Positions 1-12,261 of a stretch of DNA of 64,000 bases are shown piece after piece. Source of the stretch: Camelus dromedarius (taxonomy: Eukaryota); contig NC_087449.1 of NCBI RefSeq assembly GCF_036321535.1, forward strand, positions 66,898,001 to 66,962,000, read 5' to 3'. How positions within the stretch are numbered: position 1 is the first letter of the stretch; every line of letters starts with the position of its first letter. A model generated the notes under the pieces. That model saw nothing but the letters and a program-made list of their open reading frames with translations. It was not told the origin of the DNA and did not search any database. The translations under genes and the position numbers were made by a program.

Positions 1-185
1 GGGACCAAATAGGCAACTTTTTGCAATTCTCATTTCTTTTCCTCAAGCTCCCAAGCTAGCATCTTTTGTGGGCAGCTCCCAAGGGAAAGTCGAGGCACTT
101 CCATGCTGCTCCTCCAGGTGGCAGCCAGAAAGTGGTGATGCTGGGTTTTAAACAGCACCCTCGAATAAGACTCTGTTGGTTACAG

Positions 186-762
186 GCGGGGCTGCCTGGG
201 TTCTACGACCCATGTGTGGGTGAAGAGAAGAACCTGAAGGTGCTCTACCAGTTCCGGGGTGTCCTGCACCAGGTGATGGCGCTCGACAGCGAGGCGCTCA
301 GGATACCAAAGCAGTGTGAGTACTGCCACCCACCCTGTGCTGGATTCAGGGGAGGCTCTCAGCCACTGACAGGGACCAGGGACCTCGGAGTGTGGGGTGA
401 CAACCACCTTCCCTCTCTCCTCTTCCAGGAGCATCGGGCTTGGGCGTCACAGCTTGCTTAGAGCCATAAAGCAATGCCGGGGGTGGCGGGGGTCAGCCCT
501 CTCCCAGGTGGACTTAGCGTGAGCTCTTTGCTTGGAAACTGCAGCATGGGTGGCTGAGTATGAAGCAAAGCCAGCTGCTCTTTTGTGTTCCAGAACAGAT
601 GATTCTCTGCAGCTTGTACTCTGCTCAGCTGCAGGCCAGGCAGTCTCTGGTCTGTTGATGGCCGAACCGCCTAAGTGGAAAGAGGGTGTAGAAACAGTTG
701 CCTTTCGATGTACTGAGTTGGTCTTTTCTTTTACAGCTCACAGGATTGATACTGATGGATAA
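186..762 (+). CDS. DNAJC11: DnaJ homolog subfamily C member 11, last two coding exons (186-315, 737-762); gene begins upstream of the window
   Basis: Exon 186-315 (ttacag|GCG...CAGT|gtgag) encodes [43 protein letters not shown]. Exon 737-762 (ttacag|CTCAC) completes SHRIDTDG-TAA. This matches the DNAJC11 C-terminus as I recall it, and synteny with THAP3 agrees. Confidence 0.95.
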
Positions 763-2145
763 ACCGCTTGAGAAACCAGATTAAAAAGAGGCTGCAAAAA
801 ATCTTCCTGGGAGTCTACAAATTTGGAAGCAGGGAAGAAACCCAGACATCAGATGTGTTTATTTTGTATTTTCTATAGAAGGTGGTACCGTATCAATTAT
901 GTGAAGGGGCGTGTACACAGGCACCCTACTTTCACGGGTGCTGCAGGTAGGACTGGGGCAGCCCCACCTGGACCAGAACCGCACCTTGGCCCGTGTCTGC
1001 TTTCCCAAGGATCATGTCCCTTGAGGAAAGGGCCCTCCCCAGGTTCCTCAGCACATGTGCTGGCTGCAGCCACTCAGTAGCTCTCGGTCTGTCGTGAGGT
1101 ATTTATGAACATCTTGCCTTCATGCATAGGACTGTGAACTACTTTTCCTGAAATCCACACTGAACATGGGAAATGAAATGGAAGGAAGGAGTTCCCCTGA
1201 GCAGAGTCTCCAGATCGAGTGAGCATCTATCCAGTCAACTTCCTGAAAACCACCTTTTCCTGTTGAAATATTACTGAGAATCTGGAGAGGATTGTGTGGG
1301 TGTATAAATCTGCTTTTTATCTGAGAACAAATGGTTTTGGAAATTAGTCTCTATTTTCCCCTCCCAGAACTTCTCGATTCATTCCACTGGCACCTGGCTT
1401 GGGACGGAAGGTGTAACTCCTGGTCCCAGGGTCTACCCTGTCATGGGTCACTCTCCCCCCAGGAGCCACCCGTGTCCTCGTGGAAAAGGCAGGTGCCTGT
1501 CGACCTGCCCCCTGCAGCTCAGTGCCCGAGCTGCTGCCGCACTGCACATTGGCTGCACATTGGAGTGCGGAACGGGAGCAGGTTCAGAAGGGGAGATGGG
1601 GTCAGAGTTGCTGGGAGAGCTCCAGACCCACCTGCGCCGCCCTCGCTCGCGGCCAGCAGGTGGCGCCGCTGCTCTCGCACCTGGTGGATCTAGCTCCTCC
1701 CCACTTTCTGAGTGCTCGCAAGACTCTTCCTTCGCTTGCCTCTTCTGTGGATGCAGGACATTTCAGGAGCCAGGATACGCCTGAACAGCCTGGTCTGTTC
1801 ACTGCGCTCAACAGCTACCTGATGAGCAGAGGCCCCAGCCGGTGGTGGTTGTGACAGCGCCCCCCCCCACCCCAGGTGGTGTTAAAATCAGGTTTCACTC
1901 TTGACATTGGTACCGGAGAAATCACTGATAACCCCTTCCTCCAATCTTTAAAGAGTTCAGGTTGTCCAGCTCTGTAACATTTACCTCCAGTGAAGTTTCC
2001 CTCCGAGCTGCCGCTCTGAATGTAAATCGTGCAATAAGCGCCGTTACCTGAGCGGCCGCAGCCGTGCTCCCTCCGCGGCGCGCAGCTTGGGCGCCGCTGC
2101 CCTGCCTTCTATCTGAAATGGACTGTACGGAAGACCCTCCGCCCC

Positions 2146-2151
2146 AATAAA
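2146..2151 (+). terminator. DNAJC11: Probable DNAJC11 polyadenylation signal AATAAA (3'UTR ~763-2170)
   Basis: Canonical AATAAA followed ~20 nt later by GT-rich sequence, ~1.4 kb after the stop codon. Confidence 0.65.
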
Positions 2152-2525
2152 CCTTTCCTGAAAGCGGGGCCGTGTGCCGGCACGTCTGTTCACGCCCCAC
2201 CTCACAGGCCTTGCTCTGGCCTTTATTCTCATTGTTCCAACTACATTTTAAACCATGAGGTTCAACTTGAAGCCAGGCTTCAGTTCTCTGAGTCAGACAT
2301 TTGCCTGAGAAAGACAGGCCAGCCTTAGGATAGAGGCCAGGAGTCTCGGCTGGCTTTTTTTTTTTTTTTTTAACTAAAGCCACCTTTTTGGGTCGTCAAG
2401 GTGGTCGTGCCCTGCTGGCCCTTCAGCAGGGTCAAGGCCATCACTCTGGCAGGAGAGAGGGGAGCAGCTCAGACAAGAGCCACTCGTTTTCAGTGACGGA
2501 GGGAGCGGGTGGCACAGGGAGACAC

Positions 2526-2531
2526 TTTATT
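2526..2531 (-). terminator. THAP3: Probable THAP3 polyadenylation signal (AATAAA on minus); a second one lies at 2222-2227
   Basis: TTTATT on + strand, ~390 nt past the THAP3 stop codon. Confidence 0.65.
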
Positions 2532-2923
2532 ACGTTGTTTGCCCAACCCTGGCTGGGCCAGGCGGGGCTCCTTAGAACAGAAGCTGGTCACCACCACAGG
2601 GAGAGCCAGCTGTCCAGCGAAGGAGGGGACCCTCCCACCACCTTAGAGCCAGCTCGCCACTCCCCGCCGGCATCCTTCCCTGGCCCTGCTGCCCCTCAAG
2701 GAAACCCTTCCTCCGGGCTGGGGGAGCATCTGCCACACCGCGGCTCAGGATGGCTTCCCAGGCGATGGTCCCAGGGACGCAGCCCAGCTGGTGCCAAAGG
2801 GCCTGCTGTCGCCTCCGGGAGAAGCGGAGTGTCGGCTCAAGGCCTGGCCCCTCCCAGGAGGCGCTGGGCTCCTCAAGTGTCAGCGGTCAGGCTGGCAGGG
2901 CTGAAAGGTCCTGGCCCGGAGAC

Positions 2924-5900
2924 TCAGCTTTGCGGCCCTGGCCCGGGCAGTGCCTGCAGTCCTGGCGGCCCTGCGCTGCGGGCGCGGAGGAGGCGACTGG
3001 ACATCCGCCGTATCACCAGCCTCTGGGCCTTCAAGCGCCTGCGCAGCTTCTCGTTCTCCTTCAGCGTCAGGAAGAGTTTTTTTTTCAGGGCATCCAAGTC
3101 CAAAAGGGCGTAGCTGTGGTCGGAAGGCTGCACGGGGAGGGGCCTGCCCACCGCGGGACCCGCCTGCTGACCTGGCGCCTGGGCAGCTCCCGGCCTGGGC
3201 GGCGGGACCTGAGGACGGAGGGGAGGGACAGGTGAGCGGCGCCCAGAGGCCCGTGGCCCGCGGGAAGGGGCAGGGGGAGGGCCCCAGAAGGCCTGCAGCA
3301 GCATTCACTTCCCCAGCTCTCCCGGAACCCACGTGTGCTGGATCGCAGCTGGTAATTTCACTGGTAAGGCCTGAAATCCAGCTGCCATGGTGCTGGCGGT
3401 TTGGGTACCAGTTCTCTTCATTTTGTCTGACGCAGACACCCTCATGCTGAGACCAGCCACACGCTGCCTTCGCAGCTGGCGCCTCACCTGTTCTCCCAGG
3501 CCTCCAGCGTTCACGGGCGGCCGCAGTCCTTCCAGCGTAGTGTCCGTCTCTCTCCCTGGGCCACACTCCCTGGCCCCTGGCTCGGGGAGGGCCTGGGGAC
3601 GACAGGACGGGCGCCTGAGCAGTGCAGACACCGGATCCTCCCTCAGCTGTCATTTGTCTGCTCCTCCAGGAATCCCCTCCCCCCATCTGGGAGTGGCTCG
3701 GCCAGGGAACCCGCAGGACAGCAGCCTCCTCCACAGGTCTGGGCCTGGACCCCCAGAACTGGAGCAGGGGCCAGACTTGTGACCAACTGCACTGCCTGAC
3801 AATGAACTGGAAGAAGGCATGAGAGGCCTCAGCTTTCCCTTCTCTAGGAAAAGAGAGAATCCAAAACCCCAACTTGGAGAAAGTACAACAAACCCCAGCA
3901 GACCAGCCCAGCAGGAGGGTGCCTCAGTTCAAGTCCCAACGCTCGGTGACAGCTGGGGCAGACTCACCTGTCCCTTCTCAGAGGTGGCATCTGCACTCCC
4001 GCAGGCAGGGTCCGTGTTCTCCCTCACCAGCTGCGAGAGACAGGGAGCAGCTGCAGACGGGCCCCAAGGTTCAGCTCCCTCTGGGTCTAAGCCGGTCTGC
4101 ACCCACCAGGGCCCCAGGCCAGGCGCCAGGCCTCGCACTTCTTTGCCCCCACACTCAGCCAGATGCCTTCAGTTAAATGGCCCTGAGACCCAGCCCAGCT
4201 CTACTCCCACCATCACTGATGCCCCAGGGCCTGGCATTCTTTATGGCACGTAGTGGGTGACTCAGTGGTGGCCTTCTGGTGGAAGACAGCCCACTCAGAG
4301 CCTGCAGTCCCTAGGCATCCACAGAGCTGGGCTGGGGCCTGAACCAGTTTCTCCACGGCTCCGGGCACTGGAAGCATTAAGGAGCAGAATCACAAAGGGT
4401 CCCCCAGTTGTTAACCTGTAATCTCTCACTTCGGGGCAAACACTTTACCTCAAATGCGTAAAAGTACTGCATTCTATTAACAAGTGTGCATTGAATTGGG
4501 TGTGGGGCATTGCTAATCAGCAGGCATAAAGTTTCAGATAAGCAAAGTAAGTTCTAGAGCCCTGCCCCACAACATGGTGCCTCCAGTCAGCAGTCCTGTG
4601 TTGTGCACTGAAGAGTTTGTTTAGAGGGTAGATCTCGTGTGGTAAGTATTCTTACCACAATAAAATAAAATTTAAAAAATATATATATATACATATATAT
4701 AAAATAGCGGGGGAGGGATAATTGGGAATTTAGGATTAACAGATACATGTTATATACATGATACAGATATATAAAGCAGATAAACAAGAATCTACCATAT
4801 AGCACAGGGAACTATATTCAATATCTTATAACCTATAATGGAAAATAATCTGAATCACTTTGCTGTACACCTGAAACACTAAGTCAACTATACTTCAATT
4901 TTTAAAAGCTATATATATATATATATACACACATATATATATACACACACACGTGTGTGTGTGTGTGTATAATAAAAGGACTTCCATGTTTAAATGAAAA
5001 AAAAAAAAACCTCTTGCATCACGCAGCTACTCTGTGCACCATTCCGGGTGTTGGGAATAAAGCAGGGGAGCCAAGCAAGGCCCTTGTAGAGGCTCCATGG
5101 GGACAGAAGATGCTCGCTGGTGCTAGGAAGACAGAGGAGAAGGGCAGAGTAGGGGCCTCGTACAGGCACAGGGAGCCTCGGAGGGTGAGGCCGAGAGATC
5201 GAGCAAAGGGAAGGTCAAGGGCCGGCCCCTGACCCAGGATGCTCTGAGCGTGTTTGCTCACAAACAGCCACCTGTCCTTCCCCACACCCTGTAACTCAGG
5301 GTCTGCAAAGTCCATCCGCTCCGTCCCCCTCTCATCACCATGCCCAACTTCGGCTCAGGCCACCATGACTGCCCTCACCCGCAACAACACAACACAGGCG
5401 TCCAAACCAGCTTCCAGCCCGCGGGAGTCTTCCAAAGCCAAGTCCCTCCCCAGTGGCCTCACCCCAAAACCCACCACCTGTCCGAGCCTGTCACCATCTG
5501 GGCCCTGCGCCCTCCCACCAGCCTGAATTGAGGCTGCTCCTGAGTCACCCAAATCCCCTCCACCTCCGAGCCTCTGCCACACTGTCCTTGGTCTCCCTCC
5601 AGGGCTCCGCCTGCACACGGTCCTGTGCCCCAGGCGGTATAGCACTTGGTGGGACTTAATGGAGACCTGCCGGGTGGCAGTGGCACAGCCTCTGGCTTCC
5701 TGGCCACGTGCTCCCCGGCCATGTGCTCCCCAGCGCCGGCTACTACAAGCAAGAGGAGGACGAGGTCTGAATGCAACACCGCAGAGAAGGTGCTTTGCCC
5801 TCGAGTGGCACCAAAAGTGAGATGCAGAGAGGACCAAGCTCCCGGCACGCTTGCCAGGAGGCTGCTTCTATAGCATCATTGTGCAACGTGATTTATTTTT

Positions 5901-8894
5901 AAAGCAGCTTTAAACTGCAAGTTCCCTAAAGTGAAGGTCATGGCCAGCTAGGCCAGCTGGGCTCTGAAGCCAGAGGCCCGACAGTGCCACAGGTTGGTAG
6001 TTCTCAGCCTTTGCCATCCCCGCACATGACACCCACACCCGCACCCAGCCTGGGGCCCCGCAGCCGAGCGCACCTGCGGGGGGCCCTGGAAGGCGAACAC
6101 CGTGGGCACCGCGTTGTGCTTCAGGTTCTTGCGGTTCCCAAAGGCGCTGAAGCACTCGGGTCGGAAGTGCTCGGAGCAGATGACTGTGTGCTGCTTGGGC
6201 TCGAAGTTGCCCCGGCCAATGTTCAGCACCCATTCCTTCAGCAGCTCGGGCCGGCTGAACGGGAACCTGAGCGGCAAAGCAAGGAGGGGTGAGGGGCTGG
6301 CTAGCCGGCTGGGGCCCGGCAGGGTTCCCCACACCGTGTTTTACTGAACAGCCTGGAAAAGTCAGAGGCCTCATCCTGTTAAACCGCATGTGCTTTGGGA
6401 AGCCTCTGTCTTGGCTGTTTACGGCACCCTCAGTCGGAAACTTGGGACAAGAATGTGGCCAAAGAGCCCAGGAGAGCTGTTTCTAGTCCATCCCTCCAGG
6501 GCCTGCTCTGTGCTGAGCCTGCTCCCGGGGCTGGGGGAGTGGGAGTGAATCAGACAGCCTGCCCTCGTGGAGCCTACATTCTAGAATGGGGAGACAGACG
6601 GGACACCACACAGCCATGGGCTGTGTAGGAATGCAGAGAAGGAAATGGTCGGGAAGGCCACCTGAGGGGGGACAACTGAGCGGTCAGAGGCAGGGTTGGC
6701 TGAGACAGCAAGAGAAGGACACAGGCCTCGGGCAGGAGGGGGATTCCTGGAGGCTCGGGCAGAGGGTGACAAGTGGAGTCCACCCTGGCTACTGTAGGAG
6801 GAGGGCACCTGGGGGCTGGGATCAAGGCACCAGCAGGAGGGGATAATGAGCAGGCAGATCTGGGACGCATTCTGAAAATGGGCCGTGAAGCAGAGAAAGG
6901 AGGGAGTTTCACATACTAAGACTATGGGGGAGTGGGAGGGGCAGCTTTGGAGGGTTGGAAGTTTGGTTTTACATGTTAGACGTAGAATCTGAGGTGTCTT
7001 TTAGACCTCCAAGTGCTGGAGTTGAGCAGCAGCTGGACATGCGTGTCTGGAGATGTCACGGTGGGGCCGTCCCCACATAAAGGGTGGCAGGGCCATAAGC
7101 CTGGGTGAGATAGGTGCCCTGGGGATTGAATGTGGACATGGACGAGACAGGGGCATGGCTCTTGCCCCAAAGTGCTCCAACATCTCCAACCAAGGAGACT
7201 GAGAAGGGACACTGTGACAAAGGTAGAGGCTGAGAGGTGTCCTACAAGCCAAGTGGGAAAGGGGCCTCAAGGGGTCAACTGTCGGTTGTGACAAATGCTG
7301 CAGAGAGATCAATTCAGAGGAGGATGGACCATGGCATTTGGCATCATAAGGGCCACTGGGGACTTGACAGAGCTCTTCTGTGGGAGTGTTGGGGGCAAGA
7401 GACTGACTGGAATGGACGAGAGAGAACTGGTGGCAACACCGCCCCGAGGTACACACCCAACTGACAACTACAGATACAGGTGCTGGAAGACAAGTCCTGG
7501 AAAAACGCCCAGAGCCATGTGCTCATAATGGGCCAAAACACAGAGGCACCCAGATGCCCTTCAATTGTAGAACAAGTCAATTTTGGTAAATACATTCATG
7601 GAACACTAAGCAGCTCTGCAAAGGATGAGCTGCTGCTGAGGCCACACGGGGGACTCTCAGACACAGTGGTGAGCAAAGGACAGGAAAAAACACAGTGCTG
7701 TGATTCCATCCCTGTGAGGTTCCAAAAAGGCCAAGCAATCCGCTCCGACAGAAAGCAGGAATGCCTTCCCCTTGGGGACCTGGGCGGATGAGGGGCTGGA
7801 AGGGGGCGCGGTGGGGGGGGGGGTCTCCTGAGGGCTGTGTTGTTCAGTTCATCACAGTCACACGGGGTGATCACTTTGTTAAACTGGTTGGGCTGTGTAT
7901 TTGTGATTTGTGCACTTTTCTGTAGGTGTCTATATGCAGTTTACAATAGGCACGTTCACTTTGAAAAAGAAAATGCTAGTAGGAGGAGAGAAAGTGGAGA
8001 CAAGGAGAGCAGCAGCCCTAGGGAGTCCCGCTCTGAATGGAACCGAGGAAGAGGCCGCGGATGGCACCTTGAAAGCGTGCAACACTCGATCGATCGGCAC
8101 CGGAGCGCGAGATCTCCCGGGCAGGCACCCATTTACTCGGCCAGGCCCGGAACACGGGGCGCGGAGGGACAGACTCCAAAGGCTCCGCCATCCTCCCGCA
8201 AAGTCCGCGCGTCCAGGCCCCGCGAGCCCCCACCCTCTGGAACGTTCCCGTACCTCCATCCCACCCTTTCTTTCTGACATGAGGCCCGGAGAGAGAAGCA
8301 GAGCGCCCGACACACCGCAAACCTGAGAGACGTCACCCTGGCTCATTCCTGCAGCAAATACTGAACACCTACGACGTTCCGGGCTGCGGCTGGGAACGAG
8401 TTAGAGTCCCCGGGCCGCGGGGGGAACGCACACCTAAATACTGCAGGGGCGCTAGCGGGGGGCGGCCTGAGCCCGGAGCTGAGCGCGCCCCAGGCCCTCC
8501 ACGGCCTTCCCCGCACGCGGCTCCCCGGACCGGCAGGAGGCTGTGCGCCTGTGGGCAGGTTACTCAGCCTCCCCGACCGTCTCCTCGCGCGCCCAGCCGG
8601 CCATGGCGGTGTCAGGCTTCCTGGCCTCGGACCTCGCCGGTCTCCGAGCCGCCGCCCCTCCGCGAAGGGCTCGGCCGCACGCCCTCGGGCCTCCCCGGAG
8701 GCCGGGCAGCGGCCCTGGCGTCCCCACCCGACGCTCCAGGTCTGGGGTTCCGGCGGGGGCCGCGGCCGACCGGCCCAGACGAATCGGGCCCCCGAGTCCC
8801 CTGGCGCCCCCGACCCTCACCGGTGGAAGGTGAGCTGCTTCCTGCGATTGCTGTAGCGGTTGCAGCACTGCCGGGCCGCGCACGACTTCGGCAT
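2924..8894 (-). CDS. THAP3: THAP domain-containing protein 3, 239 aa; coding exons 8894-8821, 6266-6074, 4030-3968, 3592-3488, 3208-2924
   Basis: Exon lengths 74+193+63+105+285=720 nt, all GT-AG, frame continuous. N-terminal THAP C2CH domain (MPKSCAARQCC...FPFSRPELLKEWVLNIGR...ICSEHF...AVPTVF), DHSY HCF-1-binding motif and C-terminal coiled coil (LKKKLFLTLKENEKLRRRLKAQR). Confidence 0.95.
4490..4905 (+). mobile_element. Two adjacent L1 3'-end fragments (older L1MA/MB-like ~4490-4680, artiodactyl-type ~4700-4905)
   Basis: Recognisable L1 3'UTR motifs (agagggtagatctc...ttcttaccacaataaaataaaa; atagcacagggaactatattcaatatctt...caactatacttcaat+A tail). Subfamily names are from memory. Confidence 0.7.
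4910..4969. repeat. Compound (TA)n(CA)n(TG)n microsatellite
   Basis: Directly visible dinucleotide runs after the L1 tail. Confidence 0.9.
6490..7110 (-). mobile_element. Degenerate LINE-2 fragment in THAP3 intron
   Basis: Purine-rich L2-like phrases (cctacattctagaatggggagacag; gaggtgtcttttagacctccaagtg...gtctggag). Boundaries approximate. Confidence 0.5.
7200..7970 (+). mobile_element. Old L1M (L1MD/ME-like) 3' fragment
   Basis: cccagatgcccttcaattgtagaac...gatgagctgctgct...tgattccatccctgtgaggttccaaaaaggccaagc resembles GC-drifted L1M 3'UTR. Confidence 0.5.
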
Positions 8895-9150
8895 CTCCAG
8901 ACGCCAGGCCCGGCTGCCCCTAACAAAGATGGCAGCGGCGGGGCCTGCGGGAGCCGCGGAGACACCAGGAGGGGCGGGGTCAGAGGATGGGGCGGAGCTG
9001 GTCAGTGGAGGCGGGGCGAGTGGCTGGGGCGGGGCCTGCCGTGCGCGGCAGGGCCTTGAACAGGGCTGGGCCAGTAAGAGAGGAGGGGCCTGCGGGTCGG
9101 GCGGGCGGGCGGGGCGGGGCGGGACGGGGCCTGCAAGGCGCCTGGTAGAT
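8050..9150 (-). promoter_or_regulatory. THAP3: THAP3 CpG-island promoter with YY1 motif (AAGATGGC 8926-8933) and GC-box/G-run cluster (9094-9129)
   Basis: Dense CpG around the start codon; motifs read directly. Confidence 0.8.
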
Positions 9151-9812
9151 TGCTCCTGCGCCCAACTCGGGCCGACACCCACAACTGGGCTGGCTGGTCC
9201 AAGTTCCACCCCAATTCGCTGAAGCCCGTCGCCCTCACCTCCTTGCTTTGGAGCCTCCAAAATTCACACACACCCACCCACAGCCTTGAACAACTGGAAA
9301 CCAGAGGCTCAACGCCCACTTAGGCCAGTATTTTCAAGATTTTAAGGTGTTGATTCATACTTTGGCTGCTCAAACATCACACAGGAGGTACTAGCTGACC
9401 ACTGCTGGTCCCAGATTAGTTAGGCAGACACAGCTAATGGACAAACAGGCTCAGCCACTGGGGACCCCCACGTGTAAAGGAGCAGAATGGGCACTCTAGG
9501 GGGTAACTCCAGTCACCTGCAGAACATGAGAGGAGGCTGCAGCTTTTACAATGCTGGTTAACCACTCACTGGGGTTTAAGGTAATGCACAGTTTGATGAA
9601 GAAATTGTGAAAGCTATTCATGTCTATTCATACTGTGGTTTGTTTCTGGAGAATTTACTATAAAAGTGTAGTAAGGGCGGTGAGCACTTTTCATCCTGCT
9701 AAACCAAACTCAGATGCTTTAACTTCCCAAGTCTTCATGTAATCATGGTTTGGGGGCAGTGACGTAGGGAGAAAAAACACAAGGGTCCTTCAACCTTTAG
9801 AATACAAACACC

Positions 9813-9975
9813 NNNNNNNNNNNNNNNNNNNNNNNNNNNNNNNNNNNNNNNNNNNNNNNNNNNNNNNNNNNNNNNNNNNNNNNNNNNNNNNNNNNNNNNN
9901 NNNNNNNNNNNNNNNNNNNNNNNNNNNNNNNNNNNNNNNNNNNNNNNNNNNNNNNNNNNNNNNNNNNNNNNNNNN
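9813..9975. other. N-run (163 nt), probably at or near the distal PHF13 3'UTR
   Basis: Directly visible. Confidence 0.99.
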
Positions 9976-12261
9976 GGGGGTAACACCATTCCCTCCCCGT
10001 ACATCATTAGCCAACAACCAGGACCCCCTGGATGGGCCATGCCTAATTTGCATCAAGCTGATTGCAGCTGCCCAGCTCAATCTAACACAAAAACCAAGGT
10101 GTCTTGACTTCTTAGACACCACCCACAGGGATAAATCTGTTAAAAAAAAAAAAAAAAAAAAACAGAAAGGAAATGAAGGAAACAGAAATCGAGGTGAGTA
10201 TCAAATGCCTTCCAGAAATGGAACTGAACCACCACCAGGAACTTCCACCAGGCACTGAACCTTCTAAGAGCAACAGGGCAATTGCCAGTGTTGGCAGGCA
10301 GTTCCACTCTAAAATCACACCTATTCTTAAATGCACTTTTAAAACTTTGTGAATTTCTTTTTTTTTTTTTAAAGAGAGAAACATTTTGAAACTTTGGCTA
10401 CTCTGGTGGTAAAGACACTGGACAGGCAATGTCATGGGGCAGATCTTTGGCAAATTCCTCTCCAACTTTTCCTGGATGTTTGCCCTAGTGAGAGCCAGAC
10501 AGTTGTCTGGGGAGAAGGTTGTTTCAAGCCAGCTTCTTACTATTTTTCTCTACAGCAGAACTTCTCCCTTGGGGATCTTCACAATAAAATGGGTTTCAGA
10601 AACTATTTCTCTCTATTTTTATGTTAATATAAGTAACAGAAGTAAAAACAAAACAAAAAGGCAGTTGGCTGGTCAAGCATGAAAGATACCAGGACAAAAT
10701 ACAGGCTCTGATTAGTCAAGTACAGTCCAACCCGCTACGGTGCTTCAGTGGGAAACTGTGGACCAAGCCCGCCTCGTAGCCCTGCACGAGGGCACCACAG
10801 GAGAAGCCCCCAGCAGGGAGACTGGGGGGCCATCTTCATGTAAACATGACTAACTTGGGCATCCTTCCCTTCTCATGCTTTATAAGAAACAATGTTTATG
10901 AAAACACACTCATCGATTTACAAAAAAAAAAACATTTCTGAGAACAAGTACTTGAACTGCTAAAGAGCAATGTCAACTTCGGAGAAAGCTGGAGCCCACC
11001 CTCTCCTCCAGCCCCAGAACCACCAGTGTCCCGGGCTACACTGCCCCAGAGCAGAGGCCCGCGTGGGCCTCACACTCCCTGGCTTCCCCAGAGGTGGCTT
11101 GCACAGGGGTCTCCCCAGTCCAGGGTCCTAGTTAAGGTCTAAGGAACTCTGCACAGTTCAATTCCTGCAGGCCAATGTTACCACGTCACTCACTCACCAA
11201 TTCAAACCAAACAAAAAAAGGCTTCAAAACTCCTAACCTTGCCCCATGGAACCAGCAGGCCAGCCTGTATGAGGGGCACACTAAGAACCCATGGGAGAGG
11301 CCTTCCCCCCAATTTTCCCTTACCCCACTCTGTAGAGGAACACTGTTCCCCAGCGATTGCCTAACCTTTAACGCTGCTACCAGAATGAAGTGAAGGGGAG
11401 AGACAAGGAGAGAATCCAAGTGCCCCCTCGCTTAGAAACAGCTTGGCGGGCACCCCCAGGCCCTCAGAAGCCAAATGGAGAGAAAGGGGACCCAGGCAGA
11501 AGTCTGCCAATACTTTTGGCTATTTCGTGCAAAAAGACAGGTTTTTTTACATCGTGCAAAACAGGAAACTGAGTTATGAACACGGGCCACCTTGATCCCC
11601 CAATCCGACCCCCTTGCCACAGAGAAGTGGCCGCATACTGTCCCTTTTAATGAACAGAAGGAAACTTGGGGGTCACTAGCTAGCCCACCACCCCAGGGCT
11701 CCTCTCAGAGTGAGACCACAGGACTCCAGCGGGCAGCCCCCCAGGCAGGGGAGAGGGTAGACCACTAAGGTAGGGGCAGTTTTGATGGCTGCTGTACAGA
11801 CACTTATGGTAAAAGACTGACACACACGAGAAGAAGCTTACATGTATGGCTGTTCATAAACAGGCCGGGGAAGCCGAACATCTCTCCCCAACACAGCGGA
11901 AGCAGGAACAACAGCTAGCACTTGTTCCGATCAGCGGGCGTTTGTTAACAATGAGAGCAAGAATTCACAACTACCACGTACCCTCACCTTCAGCTGGACC
12001 AAACCCACTGCACTCGGGTGTGTAGTCCACCTCCACTGCAGAGAACACAGCTCCAGCAGCAGCTTTGGCCAACGAGGATTTTATTCAGTCACTGGCTATG
12101 TACAGTTTATACCTTGGACAGCCTGTCCTTTCGCTTAGGCACCTGTGTGGCAGGGGTCTGCCCGCACCAGAGCTGAGAGTTCTGTGCTCAACTAAGAGAG
12201 GGGCCAAGAGGCCCAGTGTCCCTTCCGGTTCCTCACCCACAGTCTCCTCACTCTCCAGCAG

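Noticed and set aside
2388-3872. Long overlapping ORFs (241 aa +, 330 aa -, 166 aa -) around the THAP3 last exon
   Set aside because: Shadow frames of a GC-rich coding exon; only the 2924-3208 frame fits THAP3.
8929-9222. AAGATGGCAGCGGCG strong-Kozak antisense ORF in the THAP3 promoter
   Set aside because: Explained by the YY1 motif and GC-rich context; the product has no recognisable features.
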